Shown here one piece after another: positions 46,066 to 57,787 of a stretch of DNA of 64,000 nucleotides (the stretch's first letter is position 1; each line of letters begins with the position of its first letter). A model generated the notes under the pieces. The model made no database searches, had not been told where the DNA came from, and worked only from the letters and a program-made list of their open reading frames with translations. This DNA is from Haliotis cracherodii. Lineage: Eukaryota. The DNA lies in NCBI RefSeq assembly GCF_022045235.1, contig NW_027266270.1, forward strand, positions 12,400,001 through 12,464,000, in the 5' to 3' direction. Both the position numbers and the translations under genes were made by a program.

Positions 46066-48342
46066 CTATAAAATATGAAATATAACTGCAATCAACACTA
46101 TTGTATTAAAATATATCAAGAATATGATAAAGCCATCGAAGATCCCTTGGCAGTGGCGTAGTTCTGTAATTTGGGCCGAGGTGTATGATTCATTAGGAAA
46201 TAAAGATTGTCTGTGCCATAACAGTATATCATCCAAAACATCAGAACTGTTTTCATAGTGGCTTAAAATAACGAAACCGCTGAAGACATCTGGAATCAAA
46301 TCAGGATTGATGGCTAACATAGCAACATTTTTATTGTTAATATAACCATCACGCAGCCTCTGTATGATAAGGTGTATTTCAAAATTATTCTGAAGTCCAC
46401 TGTCGACGTATTCTTGTGAGACAATGACGAGAAATTTCCAGCTCTCCCCAATCAGCCTTGAAACAGCCTGGTTAACAATTTCATTTCCGAGAACATCATT
46501 ATCACGAAAACACACTCTCAAACCCCGCGAAGTGAGCGCTTGGGCGATTTCAGTCGCCATTGCCATCTGTTCATCTGCATACGAAATGTAGAGGTCGTAT
46601 TTCACAACAGTGTTGTCTGCTGGCGCAAGTCCTGCTAGTGTACCTCTGCCTCGGATTGGCTGAATGTTGACTCGTCTCCTCCGAAGTATCATGTTGATGA
46701 TTGGATTGGTCACCCTCGTCAAGAGCGTTTTACTTAAACAATAAGAAACAGCTACACACACAATTATTCCACCGTAGAAAATTTGTTTCTCTTTGAGGAA
46801 AAAGTCACAAGCCATCGACTGTAAAATGATTTCAAGATACTTGCAGACTGTTGTTTCTATTCCCCCCCAACAAGAGAGCTCTGGCAAAGGAAGAAGTTTC
46901 TTTGAGCCATTGTAATACAAATCCAAGACAAGGGGCTCCTGAGGAACAAGTTCTACAGTGTCGGGATATTCCACATCAATAATTTCGTGTGTTCCAAGGG
47001 CCGTATTGTAGAACTGGCGATAGAAGACGAATTTGTGGACTCCATATGTGTAAGGACAAACACATTGCCAGCTTGTGCCGCCAACGCCCTCCACCATCTG
47101 AAGTTGTTTATAGAAGGCAGGAATGTTTGAGTAATGGCCACCATCATGCCACAGGAACCAGTACAGGAACACAAATATGGAGCATGACTGATCAAGTCCC
47201 TCGCATGTCTTTAGGAAGGACCTTCCGTTTATTTCATGATCAAAATCAACTACACTTGGCACGTCATTCAAGTAACTATATGACGCGCTTGTTGACACTA
47301 TACCACCAACTGGAACAGACACAATTCTTCTCGTTGGTTTGATCTTTTCTAAAATGAACTCTGCAGACCATGTGTATGGTAAGGGTTTGAAGTTCTTAGG
47401 AGGCAAATCCTCAACAGGAACTGGGCATCTGGTTTGTTCTTTGCGGACATTCGGGCATTCAGACGACTTTCTTCTTTCTGAATAATCTTCATTATTTTTA
47501 CTTTTGGCGGAACCTTGTTTACCTGTGTGTGTTTCCCTCTTTTCGTGTCTCATAGGTGTGTTGTAATTTTTGGGGTTGCTCGCAAGTGACGCAATTATTG
47601 TGGCCATTTTTGCAACGTGACAGGAATATTTTCCAAAATCTTCAGCATTGATAAGATTAATTTCAAGGTTTGACTTTACACGATAAAAATAAGTATCAGT
47701 AATATTCAAAGGGACTTCTTCAAACACTGTTGTGATATGGTGCCAGGACGATGATTCAATTATCTGTCCATTATGCTTCCAGATCACCTGCTTCTTGTGA
47801 AATTTTACAATTCCCTGGTAAATCAGCACGTCTTCACAAACCATTCTTACATCTTCACCCTCGTATCGCATGAGTCTCTCAAGCTTCAGGGGTTCTGGAC
47901 CGGGGATCTCACGGTCACGCACCATAAACTGGGATCTGGTTTCATCTATCATAACAATGCTATCCTCTAATCTATTGATGTAATTAGACTTAAATATTTC
48001 CCATGTCCAAAGAGCTGACCTGTCCAAAACTACGGCAACAAATAGGTAACTAGATAAGACAATGAACAAACCACAACAGAAAACTCTCCATACGCCATAT
48101 CTCAACAGGGACGTTCGCACTCTGTTATTCAGAAGAGCGAAGGCGAGTTTCAGAAAGCATAGTCCAGTGTAGAACAAATTCTTCAAGTTTATTAAACACA
48201 AGTCCTGGCTATTTGGATCGGTAAAGAAAACTACCAGAGGAAACAGGTTCCAAAATAAGCCAATCAACAGCACATGCAGCAAGGCTGTTGTCGAAATGTT
48301 TGGTTTCTTCATGCCCCTTGAAGACAGCTTGCCTCGTCCCAT
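46066..48342 (-). CDS. Ig-TIR membrane receptor-like protein, paralog A' (758 aa)
   Basis: Intact long ORF; N- and C-termini closest to A; same Ig, TM and TIR motifs; the same acceptor TTTTGTTTCAG lies upstream. Confidence 0.9.
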   Translation of the reverse strand: MGRGKLSSRGMKKPNISTTALLHVLLIGLFWNLFPLVVFFTDPNSQDLCLINLKNLFYTGLCFLKLAFALLNNRVRTSLLRYGVWRVFCCGLFIVLSSYLFVAVVLDRSALWTWEIFKSNYINRLEDSIVMIDETRSQFMVRDREIPGPEPLKLERLMRYEGEDVRMVCEDVLIYQGIVKFHKKQVIWKHNGQIIESSSWHHITTVFEEVPLNITDTYFYRVKSNLEINLINAEDFGKYSCHVAKMATIIASLASNPKNYNTPMRHEKRETHTGKQGSAKSKNNEDYSERRKSSECPNVRKEQTRCPVPVEDLPPKNFKPLPYTWSAEFILEKIKPTRRIVSVPVGGIVSTSASYSYLNDVPSVVDFDHEINGRSFLKTCEGLDQSCSIFVFLYWFLWHDGGHYSNIPAFYKQLQMVEGVGGTSWQCVCPYTYGVHKFVFYRQFYNTALGTHEIIDVEYPDTVELVPQEPLVLDLYYNGSKKLLPLPELSCWGGIETTVCKYLEIILQSMACDFFLKEKQIFYGGIIVCVAVSYCLSKTLLTRVTNPIINMILRRRRVNIQPIRGRGTLAGLAPADNTVVKYDLYISYADEQMAMATEIAQALTSRGLRVCFRDNDVLGNEIVNQAVSRLIGESWKFLVIVSQEYVDSGLQNNFEIHLIIQRLRDGYINNKNVAMLAINPDLIPDVFSGFVILSHYENSSDVLDDILLWHRQSLFPNESYTSAQITELRHCQGIFDGFIIFLIYFNTIVLIAVIFHIL

Positions 48343-49079
48343 TCTGCATCAGTGGGATATTAAAGGCTACTGCTGCTGAAACAAAATTGATGAGAGTATA
48401 CAATTATGTGGATATTTCCTGAAACACTGGTACTTGAGATGAACAGAACCATTAAATGTAACATTTTAAGAACTATATTTGGAATACTATTCATACAATG
48501 CACCATTATTTGTGACAACGCGATTCATGCATTGATATTTAGTCACAATGTAACCATGGCATCATTGGTCCAATAATGCTTGAAGAAAATGATATTGCGC
48601 CAGACTGTTGAAAACATATACAATTGTCTGCAACTCATCTTGAAAAAATAATTGAACTGCTATATCACTGGCGTCAGTCGTGAGCTTAGGTGAAACGGTC
48701 AATAAATTCAATCTCCTGTTTTAACACAGATGTATTCTTTATTCATTCTTTCAGAACGTTTTATTCCCTGGTCCATAAAACAAGGGTCCCAGTGGATGCC
48801 TCTAGATTCTACCCTCAGTCACAGTAGCCAATGGTGAGCTTTTCCCCATTCTCTGTTTAATGTGGATGCTAAATGAATACTAGTCAGTGTATACAATACT
48901 TTTGAATTGTATATATATACGATCATTTTCAGTGTCATAGTATACTATAGCAGGAACATTAATACTGTGTATCAATACATCAAATATAGGTACAAGAATT
49001 AAAGTTCAAGGGTTGATTGATACGTTCTGAGCCTCACATCAAGGGAATTGTGTCACCATGAAGGCTTCTATTGTGGACT

Positions 49080-49584
49080 CAGAGCTCCAGATAAGCTTTT
49101 GGTGTTGTGGGTATTTTACCCATGCATTTTAAAATCATTGGGTATCAGTAATTCAATCTGCGTATTCAAATTTCTGTTACCCACTAGTTTTTACAGATGT
49201 GGGTATTTAAGTTAAATATTTAAAAACACTATTCATCTAGTCCCTGCAAACTGGTGTCGTGTGGGTTCGAGAGCTTTATAGGACTCAAAAATACCACGAT
49301 ACTTCCACAAGAAAGTGTGATGGCAAATGATCATGATGTAACTGTCATCATGGAGTTTGGCAAGGTTGACGGAATGCCCGTTTATAATTCAAAATAAGTT
49401 GCTGATTTGCTAATCGAATACGCAGGGTTACTTCACAATATTTTGATGATACGCACAAGTTTTATTGTTGTAGCGTATCTGTAATGTTCGTTGCGTATTT
49501 GATACGCTTGGATTATATTTTACTGCGTATTTCTGCATTTCTGATGCGTATTTCACGCAGATACGCAGCTTATCTGGAGCTCTG
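49080..49584. mobile_element. TIR MITE (CAG termini, hAT-like) nested in the mariner
   Basis: CAGAGCTCCAGATAAGCT...AGCTTATCTGGAGCTCTG. Confidence 0.78.
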
Positions 49585-50341
49585 TGGACATCACATGATG
49601 TCACAGAGGTGTATCCACAAACACTTGAGTCAATGAAGTAAATTGTTTCTCGCGGCAAGTCAGTAAAAAGGTCTTAACACCAAAAGCCATCCGTGAAGAT
49701 AGAAGTGCATAACGAGGAAAGGATGCCTTTCTATGCCACTGTAAAGAGGTTTGGCAGCAGACTTTAGCATGACAGAAAGAGCCGCCCTGGAAGTCCCAGG
49801 GCGTCAGCAGCACCAGAAATGATGCAGAGAATCTACCATATGGTGATCCTACTGAGCGTCATATCGCTAGTTCAGCAGTCATTTCCCAGGAGAGAGAACA
49901 TTCCATCATCACAGAAACTTTGGCAATGAAAACAGTATCAGCTCGTGAGGTTCAAAAGCTTTTCACATCTGATAAAAAACTCACCGGGTATAAGAGGTCT
50001 GTTGATAATCTAGCTCTATTTGAAGCTGATCCAGAAGGGTTCTTGCAATGATTTGTGACTATGGGTGGAACCTGGGTTAACCACTTCGAGTAATGAAAGC
50101 ATTTGACATCCCCACCACCAAAGAAGGCAAAGACTGTCCCATCAACTGGAAAGCTTATGACCTCTGTGCTCTGGAATGCCGAGGGATGGATGTCTATTGT
50201 CTTCCAAAAGGGCAGACAATAAACAGAGCATATTAAGCTACACTTCGGGGGCTATTCCGGGGTGCAATTGAGACGTGGGAGGCTGAGAAAAGGTGTGCTC
50301 TTTCATCAGGACAATGCACCAGTGCACAAATTAGTCATCAC

Positions 50342-50627
50342 GCTACAGTCCACGAGTGTGGCTTTGGACTTTAGCTACAATCCACGAGTGTGGCTTTGAA
50401 CTTTGGATTCCCTCCACGAGTGTGGCTTTCAACTTTAACTACAACCCACGAGTGTAGCTTTGAACTTTGGCTACAATCCACGAGTGTGGCTTTGAACTTT
50501 AACTACAACCCACGAGTGTGGCTTTGAACTTTGGCTACAATCCACGAGTGTGGCCTTTTACTTTAGCTACAATCCACGAGTGTGGCTTTGAACTTTGGCT
50601 ACAGTCCAAGAGTGTGGCTTTGAACTC
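50342..50627. repeat. 32-bp minisatellite (about 9 units) within the mariner transposase
   Basis: Unit GCTACAATCCACGAGTGTGGCTTTGAACTTT(A/G). Confidence 0.92.
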
Positions 50628-50856
50628 TTTCAGCACCCACTTCTCTCCTGGTCATGGTCCTTCATACTTCCATCTGTTCCCAAACATTAGATGACGTCAT
50701 GGCAGCGGTGGCGAACAGCCAAGAATAGGACTTTTACGAAACTGGTATATAATCCCTCCAGCATCGTTGACAAAAGTGTATCATTGTGGAAGGGGATTAT
50801 GTTGAAAAATAAATCATATTAATGAGTTTAGGTCAAGTCTTTCTGCGTGAATCTCA

Positions 50857-51110
50857 GTTAGTGAGTGAGTTTGGTTGAACACCGATATGAATAGTATTCC
50901 AGTTATATCACAGAGTGTCAGCCTAATGTGGGAGGAAAGTCTGAAGTGATGAAGGTCTCACACCTTTACAACTTTGGTGAAACCCACGAGCACGGGTATG
51001 GTGCTGACAAACCATGAAACATAATCAGGGAGAGCCGAGATTCGATAGGTTTCTGGCGTGCAAACATGGGACGCAACTCCTTCGACGACTGGACCACCCG
51101 TGGCCCCCGA
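50857..51110 (-). mobile_element. SINE (family 2) inserted at the right TIR of the mariner
   Basis: Family-2 body in reverse orientation; flanks GTGAATCTCAGT / GTGAGGCTCAGT. Confidence 0.8.
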
Positions 51111-52202
51111 GTGAGGCTCAGTACTTATCAATCAGCCCTCGTATATATTGTGACAGGGATATTAAGGAGAGGATCCTGAAGCGTAAAATATCATTGTCTT
51201 AGATTTTACAGTAGTGGCAACTTTCACACAAACTATAACATTTATAACACATCATGTTATTACCTTGTCAGCTACTGTCTCCTCGCAATTGTACATTAAA
51301 CTACGCTTATAACGAACACTCTTAAAACGAACTTTTTGGGGGTTCCGGCCATTTGCTGTATATATGCTACATATGCTTATACCGAGCTACGGTTATAACG
51401 AACTAAAATTAGGGTCCCTTTGAGTTCGCTATAACGGTAGTTAACTGTATCTGGAAACAGTGGCCACTTCAACTCGAGTCTACTTATCTAAGGCAACTGG
51501 TAACCGCATGATGGACGTCGGGAATATCACAATCCCGGAATTGGACTCGAAAAAAAATGTGCCTCGTCCTATGCCATCATACAGACAATACAGTCGGTCC
51601 TTTACCCCTTACTCTGATACGATTCCTTCCTGGGTGACGCTCTGGGGGGACAGTAACCCCACAGCAGGTCGGGTCAGGGCAACCTTGGCGAGCCTAAATG
51701 AAGGACGCGTTGGTTCCTGTGCCAGTCAACTGTTAGCTTTTTAAAGGATTACAAACATACTCTGTATTGTACAACCTTTTGGATGTAGATGCCATGGCGC
51801 TCAGAAACGACTGTATGTATGAAATAGACACAGTATAGCGCGGCTATATACTTCACCTAACGAGGCGGCCTAAGGAGGTGTCCTAAGATCTTAAGCCAAA
51901 GTGATATCGGAGTAAACATCTGATCTGAATGAGATTGTGAAACAATGTGAATTTCTAAACCATACGTATTAGATATAGGTAAAGAGTACCAACACCTCTA
52001 AAGAAAAACCATTTTGTGTAAAGCAGTTGCTCGTGTTCAAATTTCAGCCGTTTTTGGTAAAAATACAACTTACATATACATTCAGTGTTGTTATAAGTCC
52101 CAAACATGCATGTGTTGAAATGAACACATCTAACAACTATAAAAGCAATTTCTAAACATTTTTCTTATTTCTGAATTATGCACATCTGGTGAGGCCAAAA
52201 GA

Positions 52203-53150
52203 TACAGTGTCTGAACAAAGTCATGAAATATAAATGTTAAAACCATGTATTAGAACCAAAGAATATACACTTATACACATCATATAATTTGCACGCGTCG
52301 CACTCAATAGCGCCACAAACGTGCGTAGGGTGGCATTCCTGGTTTTGACTATTTCAATGAAGGTCGACTGATATCTGTGGACCTTTATTTCTGTCAATCC
52401 TATTATTTATGCTTATCATACAGCTGTGCTTTCTAGTGTCTAGTTCATGGCGTGCATGTAACAGGAAGAAGACAAACTTTCAGTGGCAAAGAAGTTCAAT
52501 GTTTCACAGTCTGTAATTAGCAGACTATGGAACAGGTACCAACAAAGCCAAAATGTTGATGTGACGATCGACCCTGTTCATGGTGTCCCCAGTCAACGGC
52601 AATAGTACAGGGTCGAGTGGTCCCAAACCATGCAGGCTCTGCGAAATCGAGCTCAAATGGCAAATCAAATTGCCTTAAATGTCCTCAGGCTACTGGATTA
52701 CGAGTTACTGTTCAGACGATTAGAAATCGTCTATATGCAGCACATCTCCACACTCAATGGCCACGTATTGGGCAAACAGTCAAACTGCCATTTTTCCATA
52801 CATCAATGGCGTACACAACGTTGAAACTGGGGTAATCGTCGTGGGTCACGTGTCATGTTTTCGGATGAGTCCTGATTCACATTGCACTTTTTTATTAGGC
52901 GTGGTCGTGTCTTGCGTCGTCGAAATGAACGTCGCAGTGCACGAATAGTCAATTCTCACTTCCAGCAGCACAACATCCATAGAATGCCATTGACATCAAC
53001 AAGCCAGACCTTTCCCCCCATGAACACGTCTGGGACATGAATCATGATAGGGAGACGTGTGAGTCAACGTCATAGGCGGCCGACCACGTATGCTAAACTT
53101 GGCAAGGCACCACGTATGCTAAACTTGGCAAGGCGCCCGCCAGTGGAGTG
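52203..53150 (+). mobile_element. Highly decayed Tc1-like relic
   Basis: VAKKFNVSQSVISRLWNRY, ATGLRVTVQTIRNRL, VMFSDES, PDLSP..HVWD fragments. Confidence 0.7.
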
Positions 53151-55844
53151 GGGGTAGGTGTCTACACCATACAACATACTATACATTGGATTATATATAT
53201 ATACATATATATTATATACTATACATCTACTAGATTTACAATAACGTACCTCAAGCTTTTCTTGACCATGTGAAGGCAGGATTCATATTAGAGAATTAGC
53301 TCATCGTGCAGGCCCACCAGATGTCAGCGTCAGTATAATCTTAATACAAAAACAAACTATATTTAGTGTAGGTTGTGCAATCCCGTTATCTGGACTCGAG
53401 CTACGACCCTTCTTTCACCTGTCAGAATGTACAACATTTTTCCACGAATCTACCCAGTTTACGGGTTTTCCCCAGAAGTATTTATAGATCTATTTTCCAG
53501 CAACGTGATTCAACGAGAAACTGCATATGAGGTCAAACATGTTAGGGACTAGTTGTTATTATTAACCTCATCATAAAACTATTTCATCCTGTAGTTTAAT
53601 TGATTGGAAAGATATAAAGTCATATCTTTAAAAATTGTCAATGTTTGAGATCATTGGGCGCAAGAAAATAAAAAGAGTTATTGCCCTTTATGCTCGCTCT
53701 CTAATACCGATGGCGGACATATTCACACCTTCCGTTTCGTAGGGTAGGTAGTTTTCGCTCAAACTCTCTGGTGTGTTATGGCTTTTGAATGAGAATATTC
53801 AGTGAAACTCGGCTGTTGGTATTTGCCAACAGATAGTTTTATTGTTGACCTGTGCCACTGTCAAGGTCTTTCGCAATCTGTGAAATCATGTCTGTCGTGT
53901 TCTTTGCCATGGAATGTCAGTATTTTAGCCAAGTAAAAGTACTTCGCTTGCATGGATCAACATTCGACATATTTTATAAATATGGTGTACGTTTTAGCAG
54001 GGCAATTGACGATGACGAACAGTTGGTTGTGTTGAAACGCATGAATTATTGAATGAAAGTTAACAGTCCGTGAATAATGACAATCATTGATTGACATTTG
54101 ATGCAGAACTTGACACGTCTAGTTTATGTTCATCTTCAGTGTAATATATGTAGGAAAAATACAAATATCTGCCTGTTCCAATCTATCACATCAAGTAAAT
54201 ATCTCCTTGTAAAAATGCTGAGAATCAGTCGCGACTGTAGATCAGGTATGTAAACAAACGCCCTGCATTAAATAATGTTAAATGCATTTATTGTATGATA
54301 CATTATATTTCAGCCATAGAAATTTGCATTTCAGCTGATGTTAATTCTATGGGATAAAGGCTTTTTTAGGCTTCTTAGCGGGTGTCCTTATGTTATCACT
54401 ATTTTGGGTAAGTAAATCTCTGCTGCATTTGGTATTGAGTGTTTAAGTTGGCAAAGTCGTCCAAGACACCAGAGTAACTGAAAAACTATTCAAAGCCTCA
54501 TTAAACCCAACTTACAGAGTGTTTGTGTCATAAATTAGAGTCAAATGATGTTTGTGTTTTGTAATACTGAATATTTTATGTTTGATTGCAAATGAAGTAC
54601 CTGTTTCAATATATAATACGGGTTTAACCAAAATCCCTCTTTCGTTTCAGGGGCCTGTGAGTTGAGGCCCTGTGGAGACTGATCTGTTTGTCACAAGAGG
54701 TGACTAAATGGATCGGATGGTCAAGCTTTGGTGAGTTGTTATATTGCATGTTCATACCAAGACATTATGGGACATTGATTTCAGTAGATTATTTATAAGC
54801 AGACACAATATAGCTTTCATACAGTTGACTGTGGTGTAAAACAACAAACACACAAAACAACACATGTTAGTCAAGGGTACCCACATGCCATAGATTTCAA
54901 CCATTAACAGCTTTATTGAAAACCCTATTTAGTGTCATTACTGAACTATTTGACAACAATGCAGTTTACCTGACGCAGTTTATATAGCGCTAATTGGCTC
55001 AGCCAGGCCGCTGGCTGTGTCTCTCCATTCACAGATCTGGCAGGCTTCCTCGATCCTAAGGGTCGGTTGTGTTATGGTAGGTTACCCCTAACCTGATGAA
55101 AAGTCCTTTCATGATCCTTAGAGTTGGGCACCTGTTTACCATCCTTATGGTTAGTTGTGAGAAAGGGTATGGGAGTTTGCTATCTCTTTTAACAAATTAT
55201 TCCCGTGTAATTTGAGGAAAATCAGGACATCTTTTACCAAATTTTGAGTTTTGTTGAGAAATGTCTACTGTGCATGTGTATGAAGGGAAACAATTGGGTG
55301 CTGATCACTCTGTAGACGAACACTAATTATTTGTGATAGCTCCCATGGTATGTTGGCTAATTACATTATCTTATTAATCAAGCTATACTTCAAGCTGGCA
55401 ATGTGTGCTAGATCCTCCACTATTTGAAATATAAAAAAAGTGTGCACTGTAAAATGCACTACTCCCAACCATTTTATTTTTCAAATGTAATGAGTTTTGG
55501 TATTTAGTAATAGGACTCAACACGTGTTCATTTTTTGCAATATTTTAAATTTTGACATTTGTGTTTCTTCTATCATAATACATATTTTTCAGAAGATTAA
55601 CTTACGTTATATTTTGTTGAAATCTTTAGGACTTTTAGAGTTTGGGTTGACTGACTTTAGGTAGATAAATTAAATATCAGTGCTGACAGTAACATTTCTT
55701 AAGTGGCTAAATTTGTTGACATTTCAAACTGTTGTCTACAAGTCCAGGAGACATGCAATAGGCTTTGAATTCTGATGATAACTTTGATGTTTTCTTCCAG
55801 AATGACTAACAGTCAGATACCACATGCATTTGCCTTTCTGCAGT

Positions 55845-56747
55845 ATGGCAGCATCAGGCCTTGGGGAGGATGCCAGCGGAGACATGGAAAGTTCCAGTGC
55901 TTGTGTCAGTGACAAAATGACCAGTACCGAAGATTTACCTTGCAGTGATTCAGATGATTCTGAGGTTGATGGGAATGACAAGAGAAGTACAGATGACATA
56001 TTCTTCGAAGGTTCAGACACTGAAGATGAAATTAATTCCGACATTGAAAATAGATGCAGGTCAAGGTCAAAAGCTCCAGACTTTGGGACAGTCTCAGGGA
56101 AACCGTTTGAATGTGGTGTCTGCTGCCAGGAATTTGATTGCAGATCAACGTTAACAAGACACATGAAGATCCACTACAGTCCGAGACCGTATCAGTGTGA
56201 AGTATGTTTCACAACATTCACAGACCTGTCTTTACTTCAGAAACACTATATCATTCATTCTAGATTGGACGCTTTGAAAAAGCCACCAGCTAACGGTCAT
56301 GTGAGACCTGAAAATGGTGAAAAACCTTTTGTGTGTTTCGTGTGTGGGAAATGCTATTCTGGATCAAATTCTTTAAGTAAGCACATGAGGAAACACACTG
56401 AGATCAAATCGCACTCCTGCGATAAATGTGCCAAGACATTTCTGTTTAAAGGAGAATTAAATCGTCACCAGAAAACCCATTCTAACGATGCTCCTTATAT
56501 GTGCAGCATCTGCTGTAAGTCGTTTAAATATTCATCGCATTTGAAGGAACATATCGGGACTCATAATGAAGACAGGCCATTTTCTTGTGACAGTTGTGGA
56601 AAGTCGTTTAAGTTGAAGTCCGGCTTGAAGGCTCACAAGAGAATGCATGATGGGACGTTTGCCTGTACAATCTGTGGAACATCGTACACTCAGAAACCCA
56701 GTTTGAGACATCACATGTGGAGGAAACATCACCTTAATGACATCTGA
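55845..56747 (+). CDS. C2H2 zinc-finger protein (acidic N-terminus, 2+5 fingers)
   Basis: Seven CxxC..HxxxH motifs with GEKPF/EDRPF-type linkers. Acceptor TTTGCCTTTCTGCAG immediately precedes the ATG at 55845, so the ATG at 55824 is probably intronic. Confidence 0.92.
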   Translation: MAASGLGEDASGDMESSSACVSDKMTSTEDLPCSDSDDSEVDGNDKRSTDDIFFEGSDTEDEINSDIENRCRSRSKAPDFGTVSGKPFECGVCCQEFDCRSTLTRHMKIHYSPRPYQCEVCFTTFTDLSLLQKHYIIHSRLDALKKPPANGHVRPENGEKPFVCFVCGKCYSGSNSLSKHMRKHTEIKSHSCDKCAKTFLFKGELNRHQKTHSNDAPYMCSICCKSFKYSSHLKEHIGTHNEDRPFSCDSCGKSFKLKSGLKAHKRMHDGTFACTICGTSYTQKPSLRHHMWRKHHLNDI

Positions 56748-56786
56748 CATCATCGGTGATGATATTTGTCATCATTCATTGTCACA

Positions 56787-57030
56787 CGTGAAGATCCGGG
56801 TTAGAATAGGTCTTCAGCAAACCATGCTTGCTGTAAGAAGCAACTGTTCTTGTCGTAAGAAGCGACTAGTGGGATTGGGTAGTCAGACTCGCTGACTAGG
56901 TTGATGCATGTGTTCATATCCCAATTGCGAGGATCGATGCTCGTGCCATCAATCACTGGATTGTCTGGTGCAGACTTGATTGTTTGCAGACCGCCGTCAT
57001 ATTGCTGATTGTGGCGTTAAACAACAAACA
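56787..57030 (+). mobile_element. SINE (family 3) just downstream of the ZF stop
   Basis: Family-3 head and GGCGTTAAACAACAAAC tail. Confidence 0.8.
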
Positions 57031-57619
57031 AGCATTCATTGTCAAGTTCTGGATTTATTTATCAGATATGTTGCAAAGATATCAGTAATATGTTTGATAC
57101 TTGTTAATTATTTGCTGTTTGAAAAAAAGTTGTTAGGTTTTGAAAATCTATTCAATTTTTGTTACAAAAAAATCATACATATATTTTAAAATGTGAAACA
57201 AATCTATAATCCCATTACTCCAATGACTTTCAGCTTGATTTACAGAGTTATGTCCCTTACCTCAATTAACCCTTACAACAATGTGTGAGTGAGTGAGTAT
57301 GGTTTTAGCAATATTCCAGCAATATCACGGCAGGGGACACCACAAATGGGCTTCACACATTGTACCCATGTTACAACAATGATACAGAAATACTAAAAGT
57401 GGTGCTAAGCCCACAACCCTCGCTTGTCCTAAATGTTTGTTGTGAGATGCTGCTAGCACTCATCATTACAGGGTCAGGTAACGGCAGTCTGTGACTTTAG
57501 CCTCCAGTCTGAAGCCTGAGTCTCGTAAATGCTGATCGACCCAGTAAACTCACCTAGCTTTAGTCCACATTAAACTAAAATCTACTGAAAAAGATGCGAA
57601 GAGTCATGTACGTTCTTGT

Positions 57620-57787
57620 AGTGAGTGAGTGAGTGAGTATGGTTTTACCCAGCTTTTAGCAATATTCCAGCAATATCATGGCGGGGGGACACCAGAAATG
57701 GGCTTCACACATTGTACCCATGTCGGGACCTGTGTCTTCGGCGTGACAAGCGAACGCTTTAACCACTAGGCTACCTGACCACCCCTG
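57620..57787 (-). mobile_element. SINE (family 1); a partial copy lies at 57285-57371
   Basis: (GAGT)n tail, body and A-box head. Confidence 0.82.

Larger units (their letters stand above)
49006..51143 (+). mobile_element. Decayed mariner transposon with nested MITE, minisatellite and SINE
   Basis: TIRs AGGGTTGATTGATACGTTCTGAGCCTCAC / GTGAGGCTCAGTACTTATCAATCAGCCCTCGTA. Fragments FVTM..TWV, PPPKKAKTVPSTGKLM, LRKGVLFHQDNAPVH, HECGFEL..HP, FHLFP, KCIIVEGDYVEK*. Confidence 0.9.

Noticed and set aside
34780-48560. Right arm as a mis-assembled haplotype or inverted read artefact
   Set aside because: The arms are substantially diverged and carry different old TE insertions.
53700-53750. First exon/promoter of the zinc-finger gene (ATGGCGG, CTTCCG, GTAGGT donor)
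   Set aside because: Plausible, but short motifs alone cannot support the call without transcript data.
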